IMG/VR virus record: IMGVR_UViG_3300021963_006734
Span: 1 to 63,568 of that record
Strand: one strand, 5' to 3'
DNA: 63,568 nucleotides
Source of the DNA: a virus
Taxonomy: Duplodnaviria; Caudoviricetes
Part shown: one piece after another, positions 30,401 through 39,481 of the stretch
Numbering within the stretch: position 1 is the stretch's first letter
How the letters are laid out: each line of letters begins with the position of its first letter
Notes under the pieces: model-generated
What the model was told of the DNA's origin: nothing
Database searches by the model: none
Seen by the model: only the letters and a program-made list of their open reading frames with translations
Translations under genes and position numbers: made by a program

Positions 30401-30594
30401 ATTTTATGATAGTAGACGAAGGATTGGGAACACTAGACGCTGAGAATATGACTTCGATGCATACCCTATTTGGTATTCTGAAAGCCCAGTTTGACTTCCT
30501 TATCGTTATCAGTCATTTGGATGTGGTCAGAGATATGGTAGACAATTTAATTGAGATAAAAAGAGAGGACGGATTCTCCTATATTCAATCGTGA
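27415..30594 (+). CDS. Fused Mre11/SbcD nuclease and Rad50/SbcC ATPase (gp47-gp46-like)
   Basis: DIH, GD, GNHD, GDIH phosphoesterase motifs; Walker A NASGKSS, CNVC zinc hook, SSGME signature, IVDEG Walker B, ISH. Confidence 0.9.
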   Translation: MNISVPFNKLKKIVHLADIHIRLFKRHEEYNECFQTLYNQLRQEDLTDSVIVVAGDIVHAKTDMSPEMVVMATEFLKTLADIAPTIVIAGNHDLNLSNMNRLDSLTPIINSINHTDLHYFKYSGVYTIADTDFAVYSILDEKEKWPSHKDCHSRRKVALYHGPVHGATTDARYTITNRHVEVSAFNGFDMVLLGDIHKHQVLQERDVDSKKPVIVYASSLIQQNHGESVDNHGWCMWDVGSCSFEFRPLPNNYGYYTVEVKNGKVPVLSDVPKNVRMRIFTGNLDTSAVKKLTAVLRKQHNIIELSINKSRHDTSTRDKMKSGLEIVDVQNINIQNQLIQDWLERQYDDTIDRILMTKILDVNKNLNAQIVHDDHSRNINWRPLQLKFSNMFSYGEDNIINFGKMKGIYGIFAQNASGKSSAMDALIFTLYDKTPRAFRGDHIMNNRKDEFTCQLKFEINNEIFYIRRTGTRKKNGDVKVDVSFWRENPDGTHESLNGEDRRDTNANIRNYVGTYEDFVLTALSSQNSNALFIDKSHSERKDLLIQFMGLSIFDKLCDTANDEMKEISGALRKFKKIDFTQTLSDTQNKLDITREEHERVEELFVKVKQEQEILYEKLKSLQEQKRPVPNIELDIGTLLSNRDEMAENAVVYEKEKLQAETRLESLHETITQKTNEVTEANIPELRKSVDEYNKLCDLFNKGSNALKLTTSKVTEKEKFKTKLESYKYNPDCNVCVENNKSIIEDMESVTHELIDLYELQSKQEDAVNEIKQQMEPLIEKVNVCTHYEKLQTEVQQLQKKASGIELDIQKLLTSIEKCDRKREQIEKDIELNRLNKENIEYNIEVDKQIVHVQYDITASKKKADHMEKVVRDLHGEIKVLEATKMDIMNQIKEAEELEATYEAYKYYMEAVGRDGIPYELMSKAIPNIEAEINNILSQIVEFTISLEVDGKNIVGKLNYDYDRVWPLENSSGMERFISSLAIRVALINASNLPKSNFMIVDEGLGTLDAENMTSMHTLFGILKAQFDFLIVISHLDVVRDMVDNLIEIKREDGFSYIQS

Positions 30595-30598
30595 TAAC

Positions 30599-30606
30599 TA
30601 TTTATA
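30599..30606 (+). promoter_or_regulatory. Putative late promoter TATTTATA
   Basis: Recurrent octamer 26 nt upstream of ATG 30633. Confidence 0.6.
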
Positions 30607-30632
30607 TTGAGTAGTTATAATGATGAGAAACT

Positions 30633-32459
30633 ATGCCAAGAACTAGAAAAACATTATCAAAACAAAATTTAGCAACACTACCAGTATTAATAAATGATAC
30701 AGCACCAGAATCTTTATATTTTAATATAAAACAGTTATCTGGTGTATTTAGTGGTGGTCGTAATGCTTTTCTAATATCTGGAACTTATCTACTAAAACCA
30801 AACACAGAGGTTTTGATAGAAATTATAGACTCTAACGGTAATAGTTTATATGTAGAAGCTATTAAAGGATTTGTGGAAGGTGGTGCGAGATTGGTGGTTG
30901 TTGAAGTGTATGAAAACACACCCCGTGGTTCTGCTCTATTAAACATCGTAGGAACCGCAAGAATAAACGCAGAAACGAACACAGTATTACCCAATGAGGT
31001 AACACGATCACCAAATGTACGATGGCAGAAAAAAATTATTATAGAACCAAAAACAAAAAATATAACACCAATTAGAATTAAAAAACAACCTGAAATAATA
31101 GTAGATGAGTTGTTACTAACGGGTTCGTTACTAAGTCAATCAGTAATTAATACTGCAATATCAAATATAACTTTGAAACCAAAATCTGTTTTAAATAAAC
31201 AACAAGGATATATTGTTATTGTAAATGATGGTGAATCAATTCAATTTAACTCGTCACACTTAACACCAAAAATAACTGGTAGTTTTACCTTACAGCAAAG
31301 AACATACAGAGGTACAATACCAGCAACAACCGAATCTATAGAAATTACACAAATTCACACAGCATCACTAAATTTACCACTTTCATTATTGAACGCATCA
31401 AAGTCATTTACCGACACAAATATTACAAGTTCTGTAGATAGTAGTATATTAAATATTACACCAATTAGAAATGGACAGTATGAAATTGGTGAAAATTTAT
31501 ATACGGCGTCCGCAACGACATATGTTAGAACAGCGAAATCCATTACTGGTTCTATACAATATTATCATGTAAGTGAAAGTTCTACTTTAACAACGGGTAG
31601 TATATTATCGTTCGCAAAACTTCGTATTATCAACTTGGATACGATCAGTGGTGAAATTTTTAGAATTAAAACTTCCAATAGACAAGCCGGTTCTCAAACA
31701 GATTTCGCCTTCGTTGCAGATACTCCGACACGAGTAGGTGAATTATTAATAACAAGTTCAGCAGATCAAGATGATAGAGAACAACCAATCGGAGTATTCA
31801 ATACATTATCGATATTAACTGCAAGTTGGTATGCACATAATGTTACGGGGTCAGGAATACCAGATATTTCGTATGGTGACGATACTATAAGTGCATCAGC
31901 GCACATCAGTTTGAGTCGTGATAACAATTATATGTTAGATGCTGGACACGCCGTAACAGCTACTAGTAGTTATTTCATTGGTACTCGTAAAGAAATTGAT
32001 CTGTTCCCAACATCGGAATACACATTGAAGTTCGATAGTTATGTATATACAACTTCTGCGTCATATGCATTTACTTCAAGTCAATATGTAATGGATGTAT
32101 ATTTAACTGGATCTGCTATAGTGGGTGACAATATATTCGGACAAAAAATAGCATCTGTTAGTACAAAAGAAAAAGTAGCATACTTTCCAAATAAAACATT
32201 TAACTTCACTGTTCCGCGAATTGGTAATGCGGGATTACGATTTGTTATTAACAATGGATTTTGGCAAATTGCAAACATTTCATTAAAGGTTGCTGAAGAA
32301 TACGCATTTAGTCCTGATGAAGTCACAATCACAGTACCTAACACAACACAAACAACTGCAAGTTTAGTATTTAAAACTGACTTGTTTGATATCAATAATA
32401 ACGCGTTGGATTTAAATATTCAATCAATACCAACCTTCTTCTCAGGTTCAAGACGATGA
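30633..32459 (+). CDS. Hypothetical beta-rich protein, probably structural
   Basis: 608-aa Ser/Thr-rich ORF. Confidence 0.65.
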   Translation: MPRTRKTLSKQNLATLPVLINDTAPESLYFNIKQLSGVFSGGRNAFLISGTYLLKPNTEVLIEIIDSNGNSLYVEAIKGFVEGGARLVVVEVYENTPRGSALLNIVGTARINAETNTVLPNEVTRSPNVRWQKKIIIEPKTKNITPIRIKKQPEIIVDELLLTGSLLSQSVINTAISNITLKPKSVLNKQQGYIVIVNDGESIQFNSSHLTPKITGSFTLQQRTYRGTIPATTESIEITQIHTASLNLPLSLLNASKSFTDTNITSSVDSSILNITPIRNGQYEIGENLYTASATTYVRTAKSITGSIQYYHVSESSTLTTGSILSFAKLRIINLDTISGEIFRIKTSNRQAGSQTDFAFVADTPTRVGELLITSSADQDDREQPIGVFNTLSILTASWYAHNVTGSGIPDISYGDDTISASAHISLSRDNNYMLDAGHAVTATSSYFIGTRKEIDLFPTSEYTLKFDSYVYTTSASYAFTSSQYVMDVYLTGSAIVGDNIFGQKIASVSTKEKVAYFPNKTFNFTVPRIGNAGLRFVINNGFWQIANISLKVAEEYAFSPDEVTITVPNTTQTTASLVFKTDLFDINNNALDLNIQSIPTFFSGSRR

Positions 32460-35400
32460 ATTTAGATAAACTTTTTGAACAAGTAGTAGTATTAAATGAT
32501 TATATTGAGCAACACAATTTTTTGGTCGAAAAACTCGCACCTGATCTTGTGGAAGAATTATCTATCACTACTACCGATACTTTGGAAGAAGCAAAGAAGA
32601 AGCGTAAAAAAGCTAAACAAAAAATTAAACGCTATGGATTTTTCTATCCTTTGTATCCGCATATAATGAAAACTGGTGAGAAACCAAAAGAAGAACCAAC
32701 AACACCACCAACGGAACCAACCGATAGTGGTGATACAGGTGGGGACGCTGGTGGTGAAGACGCAGGTGGTGATGGTGGAGTAGAAGAAGATAAACGCATA
32801 CCAAGAAAACCAGGTCAACCTGCTGGTAGTAAGAAACATTCTGACTTATACACCGATGAAAATCCCAAAGGAACTATTCACGGATTAAAGTTTGCTACAC
32901 CAGAAGATGCTAAGGCCAGTGTATCAAAAATTCGTAATAGTGGTCGTAGTCATGCGCACAAAATACAAGCAGCTGTTGCTATGGAACAACGAGCACGAGC
33001 AGCAGGTAAAGCATCAGCAGCTGCGGTCTATCGTAAGTTTATCAATAGTATGAAAAAGAAAACAGACGAAGTAAAACCACAAAATATAGATAACGCATTC
33101 GCATTTCCCTACTCACTTGGTCCAGAACAAGACGATGAGTTCTTAAATAATGAAGCATTGTCTAGTACGGAACGGATGCGCAGATACAACCGTCGTCATC
33201 CCGAAAAAGTTCGAAACTATCTTAAAAAGACGCAAGATGACCGTGTTGCACGAAACCGTGATCGAGCAAAAGCTGTCAAAAAATATGGTAAGTCTAAAAT
33301 GAAAAATCACGATGTGCATCATCCAAATGGTGCAAAGAATGGTAATTGGAAACTTGCTCGTAAAGATCATGGTCGAGACAAAAAGAATGAAAATTTAGAA
33401 TATGTATATCTTTCTGAATTAGTTGAAGGTATGGTACCAAATGGTCCGTGGCAACTCATTACTGAAGGTGGTGCTGCTGGACACTTGGCACATCCATATG
33501 AGGATGATACATTAACATTTTCGGATATAAAAGAAATGGTTAAACGAGGCCTCGTGGGAGGTTTGGATGCCGAAGCACCCGTTACAGAAAAATTAGATGG
33601 ACAAAATATCATGTTCACGGTTCGTGATGGACAAGTAGTATTTGCTAGAAACAAAGGACAAGTAAAAAATCGTGGTAAAAACGCGTTGGATCTAGCTGGT
33701 ATTAGACAAATGTTTGCTGGTCGTGGTAATATTGAAAAAGCATTTACCGGAGCAGCAGAAGATCTAACGAAGGCTGTGGGTACACTACCTCAAGATCAAC
33801 GAGATGCGATGTTTGCAAACGGTTCTAAGTTTATGAATGTGGAAGTTATATTCCCAGATACAAAAAATGTTATACCATATGATAAGAGTGTGTTGGTATT
33901 TCACGGAACAGTTGAGTATGATGAAGAAGGAAATGAAGTTGGTCGTAATATAACAGATAGTAAAACACTGTCGGATCAAATCACAAAAGTAAACGCACAA
34001 CAACAAAAAACATTTGGTATTTCTGGTCCGCGTACTATTGCTTTTAACGATGCTGAAACTGCTCGTGATAAAGAAAAGATGAAAGATTATGGAGCACAAA
34101 TTGCTCGTATTCAAAATGAATATGGATTAGATGATAAAAGTACGATTGAAGACTACAAGAAAGAATGGTGGTCACGAGAAATTGATAAGCTGGGAGTGGA
34201 ATGGACACCAGAAGAGAAAGAGGGTCTAATATCAAGATGGGCATTGGGTGAAAAGAAATTTGGAGTTAAAAATATAGAGGACACCGAAAAGAAAAAGTTT
34301 TTCCGTGAGTACGAAGCAAATAAACTAACAGACGCTCAGAATGTAGCAAATCGTCCATTAGAAAGTATTTTTCTACGAGTCGGTGCGGATACACTTCGTC
34401 GTGTAACAAATACATTATCAGCAAACAATCCAGAATTAACAGCATCGTTGAAAAAAGAATTGTTGGACACTATAAAAAGTCTAAAGGATACAGATGATGC
34501 GAGTAAATTAGCAAAATTACAAAAACAAATAGAACGATTGGATGATATTGGTGTTGATAAGGTAGTACCATCGGAAGGATTGGTATTTATATACAAAGGA
34601 AAACCATATAAGTTTACTGGTACATTCGCACCGGTAAATCAAATATTGGGTACTTTAAAATTTGCCAAAGGAAAGGCCGAGGAAGCACCTGCAGAAAAAC
34701 CATCAGCAGAAAAAACTACAACAGAACCAGTAACACAACCTACAGAACAAAAAACAGTAGCTATTTTTCCTGGTAGATTTCAACCGTTTCATGCTGGACA
34801 TTATAGTATTTATAGAGCGTTGGTCAAAAAATTTGGTAAAGATAATGTGTATATAGGAACCAGTGATAAGACCGACCCAATAAAATCACCGTTTGGATTC
34901 AAACAAAAGAAAAATATTATGACAAAAATGTTTGATATCCCAGAAGATAAAGTAGTACAAGTTAAAAATCCATACGCACCAAAAGAAATAACAGATACTT
35001 TACCGGATAACACTGTATTTGTTACAGCAGTCAGTCAAAAAGATTCTGAAAGACTGGCTGGTAGTAAATATTTTTCACAGTATGACGACAAGAAATCAAA
35101 ATCTGGATATAAGGAAAAAGGATATTTCATTGTTGCTCCAGAAATGCAGTTACAACTCCAAGGAAAAAATATCAGTGGTACTCAAGTACGCGCATTGATG
35201 GGAGATCCAAAAATAACAGATAGAGCAAAACAAGAAATTTTTACAATGATATATGGAAAGTTTAATCCAGAAGTTTTTAAACAAATTGTAAAAACAACAA
35301 CAGATTCCGAAGAAGCTTTGAAATTGACACAACAGCATGGTGGGGATAAAGCTGCCAAAGCTAAGATGAAAAAAACAGAACCAACAAAAGCTCCAAAAAT

Positions 35401-35551
35401 ACGAGCTAAAGTAACTCCAAAAGATCCGTCATTCTATAAACCAGGTGAAACTTGGGAAACGGGTGGTGGTAATTTTGGTGGTAAAAATAAGAAAAATCAA
35501 GTAAGATATTTTAGTACACAAGAACGAGCCAAAAAGTTCGCTACAACATAA
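32456..35551 (+). CDS. Multidomain protein: basic modules, ATP-dependent ligase-like nucleotidyltransferase, HxGH (cytidylyltransferase/NMNAT/PPAT-like) domain
   Basis: EKLDG (motif I), NVEVI, EGLVF, YKF; FPGRFQPFHAGH and ISGTQVR. Confidence 0.7.
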   Translation: MNLDKLFEQVVVLNDYIEQHNFLVEKLAPDLVEELSITTTDTLEEAKKKRKKAKQKIKRYGFFYPLYPHIMKTGEKPKEEPTTPPTEPTDSGDTGGDAGGEDAGGDGGVEEDKRIPRKPGQPAGSKKHSDLYTDENPKGTIHGLKFATPEDAKASVSKIRNSGRSHAHKIQAAVAMEQRARAAGKASAAAVYRKFINSMKKKTDEVKPQNIDNAFAFPYSLGPEQDDEFLNNEALSSTERMRRYNRRHPEKVRNYLKKTQDDRVARNRDRAKAVKKYGKSKMKNHDVHHPNGAKNGNWKLARKDHGRDKKNENLEYVYLSELVEGMVPNGPWQLITEGGAAGHLAHPYEDDTLTFSDIKEMVKRGLVGGLDAEAPVTEKLDGQNIMFTVRDGQVVFARNKGQVKNRGKNALDLAGIRQMFAGRGNIEKAFTGAAEDLTKAVGTLPQDQRDAMFANGSKFMNVEVIFPDTKNVIPYDKSVLVFHGTVEYDEEGNEVGRNITDSKTLSDQITKVNAQQQKTFGISGPRTIAFNDAETARDKEKMKDYGAQIARIQNEYGLDDKSTIEDYKKEWWSREIDKLGVEWTPEEKEGLISRWALGEKKFGVKNIEDTEKKKFFREYEANKLTDAQNVANRPLESIFLRVGADTLRRVTNTLSANNPELTASLKKELLDTIKSLKDTDDASKLAKLQKQIERLDDIGVDKVVPSEGLVFIYKGKPYKFTGTFAPVNQILGTLKFAKGKAEEAPAEKPSAEKTTTEPVTQPTEQKTVAIFPGRFQPFHAGHYSIYRALVKKFGKDNVYIGTSDKTDPIKSPFGFKQKKNIMTKMFDIPEDKVVQVKNPYAPKEITDTLPDNTVFVTAVSQKDSERLAGSKYFSQYDDKKSKSGYKEKGYFIVAPEMQLQLQGKNISGTQVRALMGDPKITDRAKQEIFTMIYGKFNPEVFKQIVKTTTDSEEALKLTQQHGGDKAAKAKMKKTEPTKAPKIRAKVTPKDPSFYKPGETWETGGGNFGGKNKKNQVRYFSTQERAKKFATT

Positions 35552-35560
35552 GAGGTTACT

Positions 35561-36172
35561 ATGGCACAAATGGATGAAAAAGCGTTACGAGATGTAAGAA
35601 AAAGAATTGGTGAAGTAATGAATAAGGAAGAACAAAAAATAACTGTTGGATGGCGTCCAGAACAAGTAGATAGAAATGAGGGTGATGTCTGGGTTGGTCT
35701 GGACGGTAGACAGTGGACTAAGAAAAACGGCGTTGTTCAAGTTATTACAAAACTCGATGGTCTTAAAACTCCGTGGTGGTGTCCAAAGTGTAACACTCCT
35801 CTGAACGGGATACACATGAAGGCGTACAAAAAGCGTGGTTTTTGCTATAATTGTCTAGAAAAAGAAGAAATGGAATTAAAACTATCTGGACAGTGGCGTG
35901 ACACCGTTATTGAACGAGGTAAAAAAAGTCATATTGATTGGGTAAAAGATAAAATCCAAGAATTACAGGACTATCATAATAATCTGTCAAAACCAGAATT
36001 TATTCATGCTGATCAAGAAAAAATCTTGATGATTGAACAGTGGCATGTAGATCTGGATACAGTACGAAAAGATTTGGAAGAAGAAATACAAAAATTAAAA
36101 GATCACTTAATCAAAGTTGAAGCCGGAGAATTCGATGAAGTTTCTGAACAAAATACTGTCATTGGTGAATAA
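35561..36172 (+). CDS. Hypothetical zinc-finger protein
   Basis: CPKC…CYNC pair; SD GAGG. Confidence 0.7.
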   Translation: MAQMDEKALRDVRKRIGEVMNKEEQKITVGWRPEQVDRNEGDVWVGLDGRQWTKKNGVVQVITKLDGLKTPWWCPKCNTPLNGIHMKAYKKRGFCYNCLEKEEMELKLSGQWRDTVIERGKKSHIDWVKDKIQELQDYHNNLSKPEFIHADQEKILMIEQWHVDLDTVRKDLEEEIQKLKDHLIKVEAGEFDEVSEQNTVIGE

Positions 36173-36794
36173 ATTATTTACTATATTACAAAAAACTGAT
36201 CTTGTCAATAAAGGAATTATAGTTGGTCTTATAGTGCTTTTCTTGTACTTTTCGAAAGATTGTAGTGGTAAAGAATTGGATACACTCAAAGCACAAGTAG
36301 AACAAACTAAAAAACAGACACAACAATTAAACGATTCTTTAGAAACACTACAAGTTCAAGTAGTGGAAAGAGAAAATGCAATTACACAACTGAAATCGGA
36401 TGTGTCTGTAAAAGAAAAAGTAAAAGTAAAACTTGTTTATAAACAACAAGATTTGGAATCTCGTAGACAAGTGGAAACCGACACCGTTACAATTATTGCC
36501 TTACAAGACAGCACTATTGACAATTTGAAAACACAAGTTGCTGTAGCAGATACAATCATCAACACAAAAGATAAAATTATCGGAGAACGAGAAACACAAA
36601 TATCTTTATTACAAACAAGTGTAGGAGTTGCTAATACCAAGGCAGATTTGTTACAAACACAGTTAGATAATGTAATGAACTCATACAAAAAAGAAACAAA
36701 GGTATTTGGGTTTATACCAAAACCAACAAGAAAAGCTGCATTCATTGGTGGAGCAGCTATAGGACTAATAACAGGTATAGTAATAGCTAAATAA
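36135..36794 (+). CDS. Membrane-anchored coiled-coil protein, possible spanin
   Basis: SD GGAG before ATG 36135; N-terminal TM followed by Cys, coiled coil, C-terminal TM. Confidence 0.55.
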   Translation: MKFLNKILSLVNKLFTILQKTDLVNKGIIVGLIVLFLYFSKDCSGKELDTLKAQVEQTKKQTQQLNDSLETLQVQVVERENAITQLKSDVSVKEKVKVKLVYKQQDLESRRQVETDTVTIIALQDSTIDNLKTQVAVADTIINTKDKIIGERETQISLLQTSVGVANTKADLLQTQLDNVMNSYKKETKVFGFIPKPTRKAAFIGGAAIGLITGIVIAK

Positions 36795-36795
36795 T

Positions 36796-38382
36796 ATGAA
36801 TACATCAGCACAACAGTTACGAGAAAGAATTAAAGAAGAATACAAAAAATGCGCCATGTCTGCGGAGTATTTTTTAACAAAATATTCATATATTCAACAT
36901 CCGATCCGTGGTCGGGTGTTGTTTAATTTATACAAGTATCAAAAAGAAGCTCTTTTAGATTTTGAAAATCATGAATATAATATTGTTTTAAAAGGAAGAC
37001 AGATTGGTATTTCTACATTAGTTGCTGGATATTCTTTGTGGTTAATGTTATTTCATAACGACAAAAATATCTTAGTTATTGCAACAAAACAAGAAACTGC
37101 TAAAAATCTAGTAACGAAAGTAAAATTTATGCATGATAACTTACCAACTTGGTTACGGGGGTCTATCGTTACTAATAATAAATTATCATTACAATTTGCT
37201 AACGGATCACAGATTAAAGCAGTGGCATCTAGTCCAGACGCTGGTAGATCGGAAGCTCTTTCTCTTTTGATTCTTGACGAAGCCGCGTTTATTGATGCAG
37301 CAGATATAATCTGGACCGCTGCATCAAGTACACTTTCAACGGGTGGACAGGCTATATTATTATCTACTCCAAACGGTGTAGGTAATTTCTTCCATAAAAT
37401 GTGGCAACAAGCAGAGTCTAAAGAAAATAATTTCAATCCAATACTATTGGACTGGCGGGTACACCCAGAACGAGATCAAGCATGGAGAGATCGACAAACT
37501 GAACTGATGGGTGAATTGCAAGCAATACAAGAACATGACGCATCGTTCATATTTTCTGGTAACACGGTTATACCGGCAGAAATTATTGAATTTTACAAAA
37601 GTACCTTTGTTCAAGAACCAATTACCAAAGGTGGATTCGATGGCAATTTGTGGATATGGGAATACGCACAACCAGGAAAATCTTATGTAGTATCCGCCGA
37701 CGTATCTCGTGGTGATGGTGAAGATTATTCTGCATTTCATGTCATAGACATAGAAACCTCCGCACAAGTAGCAGAATATAAGGGGAAAGTAGAAACCAAA
37801 CAGTTTGGTAATATGTTGGTGTCGATAGCAACCGAGTACAATGACGCATTACTTATCCCAGAAAATAGTAGTATTGGATGGAACGCTATACAACAGATTA
37901 TTGATCGTGGATATAAAAATCTCTTTTATATGTCAAAGGATTTACAATATGTGGATGTAGAGCATCAAATGTCTGGAAAGTATCACAAGGAAGAACGAAG
38001 CATGGTACCTGGATTTACCACATCACAACGAACGCGTCCACTAATCATTTCCAGATTAAAAGAGTATATGTTAGAAAATAGTTTTACTATTCGTTCTACT
38101 CGTACATGTGCGGAATTAGAAACTTTTATTTGGAAAAATGGACGGCCGGAAGCTTTGTCTAGTTATAACGATGATTTGATTATGGCTTTGTGTATTGGGC
38201 TTTGGGTACGGGATACAGCGTTACGATTACGACAGGAAGGTATAGAATTAACAAAGTTAGCTATAGAAAAAACGAGATACCAAGTAGAGGGTATGGTATA
38301 TACCAATAATAGACCAAAACAAGATCCTTACAAGATGCAAATTGGTCAAATTACCGAGGATATTAGTTGGTTATTAGATTAA
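36796..38382 (+). CDS. terL: Terminase large subunit (gp17-like)
   Basis: KGRQIGIST Walker A, LILDEAAF Walker B, STPNG, ADVSRG.G.DYS, NDDLIMAL nuclease motifs. Confidence 0.93.
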   Translation: MNTSAQQLRERIKEEYKKCAMSAEYFLTKYSYIQHPIRGRVLFNLYKYQKEALLDFENHEYNIVLKGRQIGISTLVAGYSLWLMLFHNDKNILVIATKQETAKNLVTKVKFMHDNLPTWLRGSIVTNNKLSLQFANGSQIKAVASSPDAGRSEALSLLILDEAAFIDAADIIWTAASSTLSTGGQAILLSTPNGVGNFFHKMWQQAESKENNFNPILLDWRVHPERDQAWRDRQTELMGELQAIQEHDASFIFSGNTVIPAEIIEFYKSTFVQEPITKGGFDGNLWIWEYAQPGKSYVVSADVSRGDGEDYSAFHVIDIETSAQVAEYKGKVETKQFGNMLVSIATEYNDALLIPENSSIGWNAIQQIIDRGYKNLFYMSKDLQYVDVEHQMSGKYHKEERSMVPGFTTSQRTRPLIISRLKEYMLENSFTIRSTRTCAELETFIWKNGRPEALSSYNDDLIMALCIGLWVRDTALRLRQEGIELTKLAIEKTRYQVEGMVYTNNRPKQDPYKMQIGQITEDISWLLD

Positions 38383-38433
38383 TATACTACTTATAATGTA
38401 GTGTCTTTGTTGAATTTACCGAGGATGTATCTT

Positions 38434-38724
38434 ATGACGAAAGAAGAAATATTACGCATTATACAAGAAGAAATACAAGCAGTTCTTCAAGAAATGCAAC
38501 AGAAATCCGAAGAAGAATTGGACGAACGAACAGTTGCCAGCCGTGAACCACCCAGAAAAATGACACCAAAGCAAGTTTCTGGACGGGACAAAATTGGTAA
38601 AAAATTATTAGCTAATAAGAGATCTGTAAGTTACTTCAAGAAGAAATTTGGAAAAGATTGGAAATCATATTTGTATGCAACGGCAACAAATAAATCTATA
38701 GATCAAAAAGATAAAAAAAATTAA
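38434..38724 (+). CDS. Small putative head-internal protein
   Basis: SD GAGGA; acidic helical leader ending LDE, then a basic domain; TACTTATA at 38388. Confidence 0.6.
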   Translation: MTKEEILRIIQEEIQAVLQEMQQKSEEELDERTVASREPPRKMTPKQVSGRDKIGKKLLANKRSVSYFKKKFGKDWKSYLYATATNKSIDQKDKKN

Positions 38725-38725
38725 T

Positions 38726-39031
38726 ATGAGATATAAAGATTTTTTTTCTGAACTATGCTGTGAAGGTTGTGGATGTGATCATTCTAACAACGAAGAGTAT
38801 CCATTTAGTGGTTATAAAATTACCCAAGCAGACATAGACGCGGATGAAAAAACCGTGCATAGTGTTGGTGAATACAAAAAACAGCACAAGAGAAGAGATC
38901 CTATGGGTCAAGAAGATGCTGATGTAAATAATGATGGTAAAATAGATTTAACGGATAAGATGTTGCGAGCCAAACGAGATTTATATAGACGGTATTTAAT
39001 AGCAAAAAAGAAAGGACAGACATCGTTCTAA
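38726..39031 (+). CDS. Small putative head-internal protein with an EF-hand-like loop
   Basis: Leader MRYKDFFSE; CCEGCGC; DVNNDGKIDLTD. Confidence 0.65.
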   Translation: MRYKDFFSELCCEGCGCDHSNNEEYPFSGYKITQADIDADEKTVHSVGEYKKQHKRRDPMGQEDADVNNDGKIDLTDKMLRAKRDLYRRYLIAKKKGQTSF

Positions 39032-39049
39032 ACAATTTGGAGAAGTAAT

Positions 39050-39481
39050 ATGATTAGACTTATGGGATTGGTAGCTGGTATAAAAGGAATCGGTGATAAG
39101 CCAGTTGGCGCTGTGAAGGAAGCTCTTGATGCCGTTGGTAAGGAAGATGGTGATATTGATAACGATGGTGATAAGGATTCCTCAGACAAGTATTTAAAAG
39201 CTCGTCGTGATGCCATCGCTAAGGCAATGGAAAAGAAAGAAGAAATCGGACCTAAAGACAAAATTGATTCCGGTGAATATGATTATGAAGGCGATATGGC
39301 AAAGAATCAATTACAAACTATTATCAGAAATGCACAAATGTTGCATGATATGTTGTCGGATGATACCAACTTACCAGAATGGGTGCAAAACAAGATTTCG
39401 TTAGCCAAGGAATATACCGAATCTGCTGCACAATATATCAGTAGTGAAAAGGACCAAACAACATCTACAGGAACAATGTAA
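39050..39481 (+). CDS. Small putative head-internal protein
   Basis: SD GGAG; [12 protein letters not shown] loop; EGDMAKNQL…LPEWVQNKI module. Confidence 0.7.
   Translation: MIRLMGLVAGIKGIGDKPVGAVKEALDAVGKEDGDIDNDGDKDSSDKYLKARRDAIAKAMEKKEEIGPKDKIDSGEYDYEGDMAKNQLQTIIRNAQMLHDMLSDDTNLPEWVQNKISLAKEYTESAAQYISSEKDQTTSTGTM

Noticed and set aside
33170-33390. HNH endonuclease within the 1031-aa protein
   Set aside because: HDVHH…N resembles an HNH start but the rest looks degenerate; not supportable as an active nuclease
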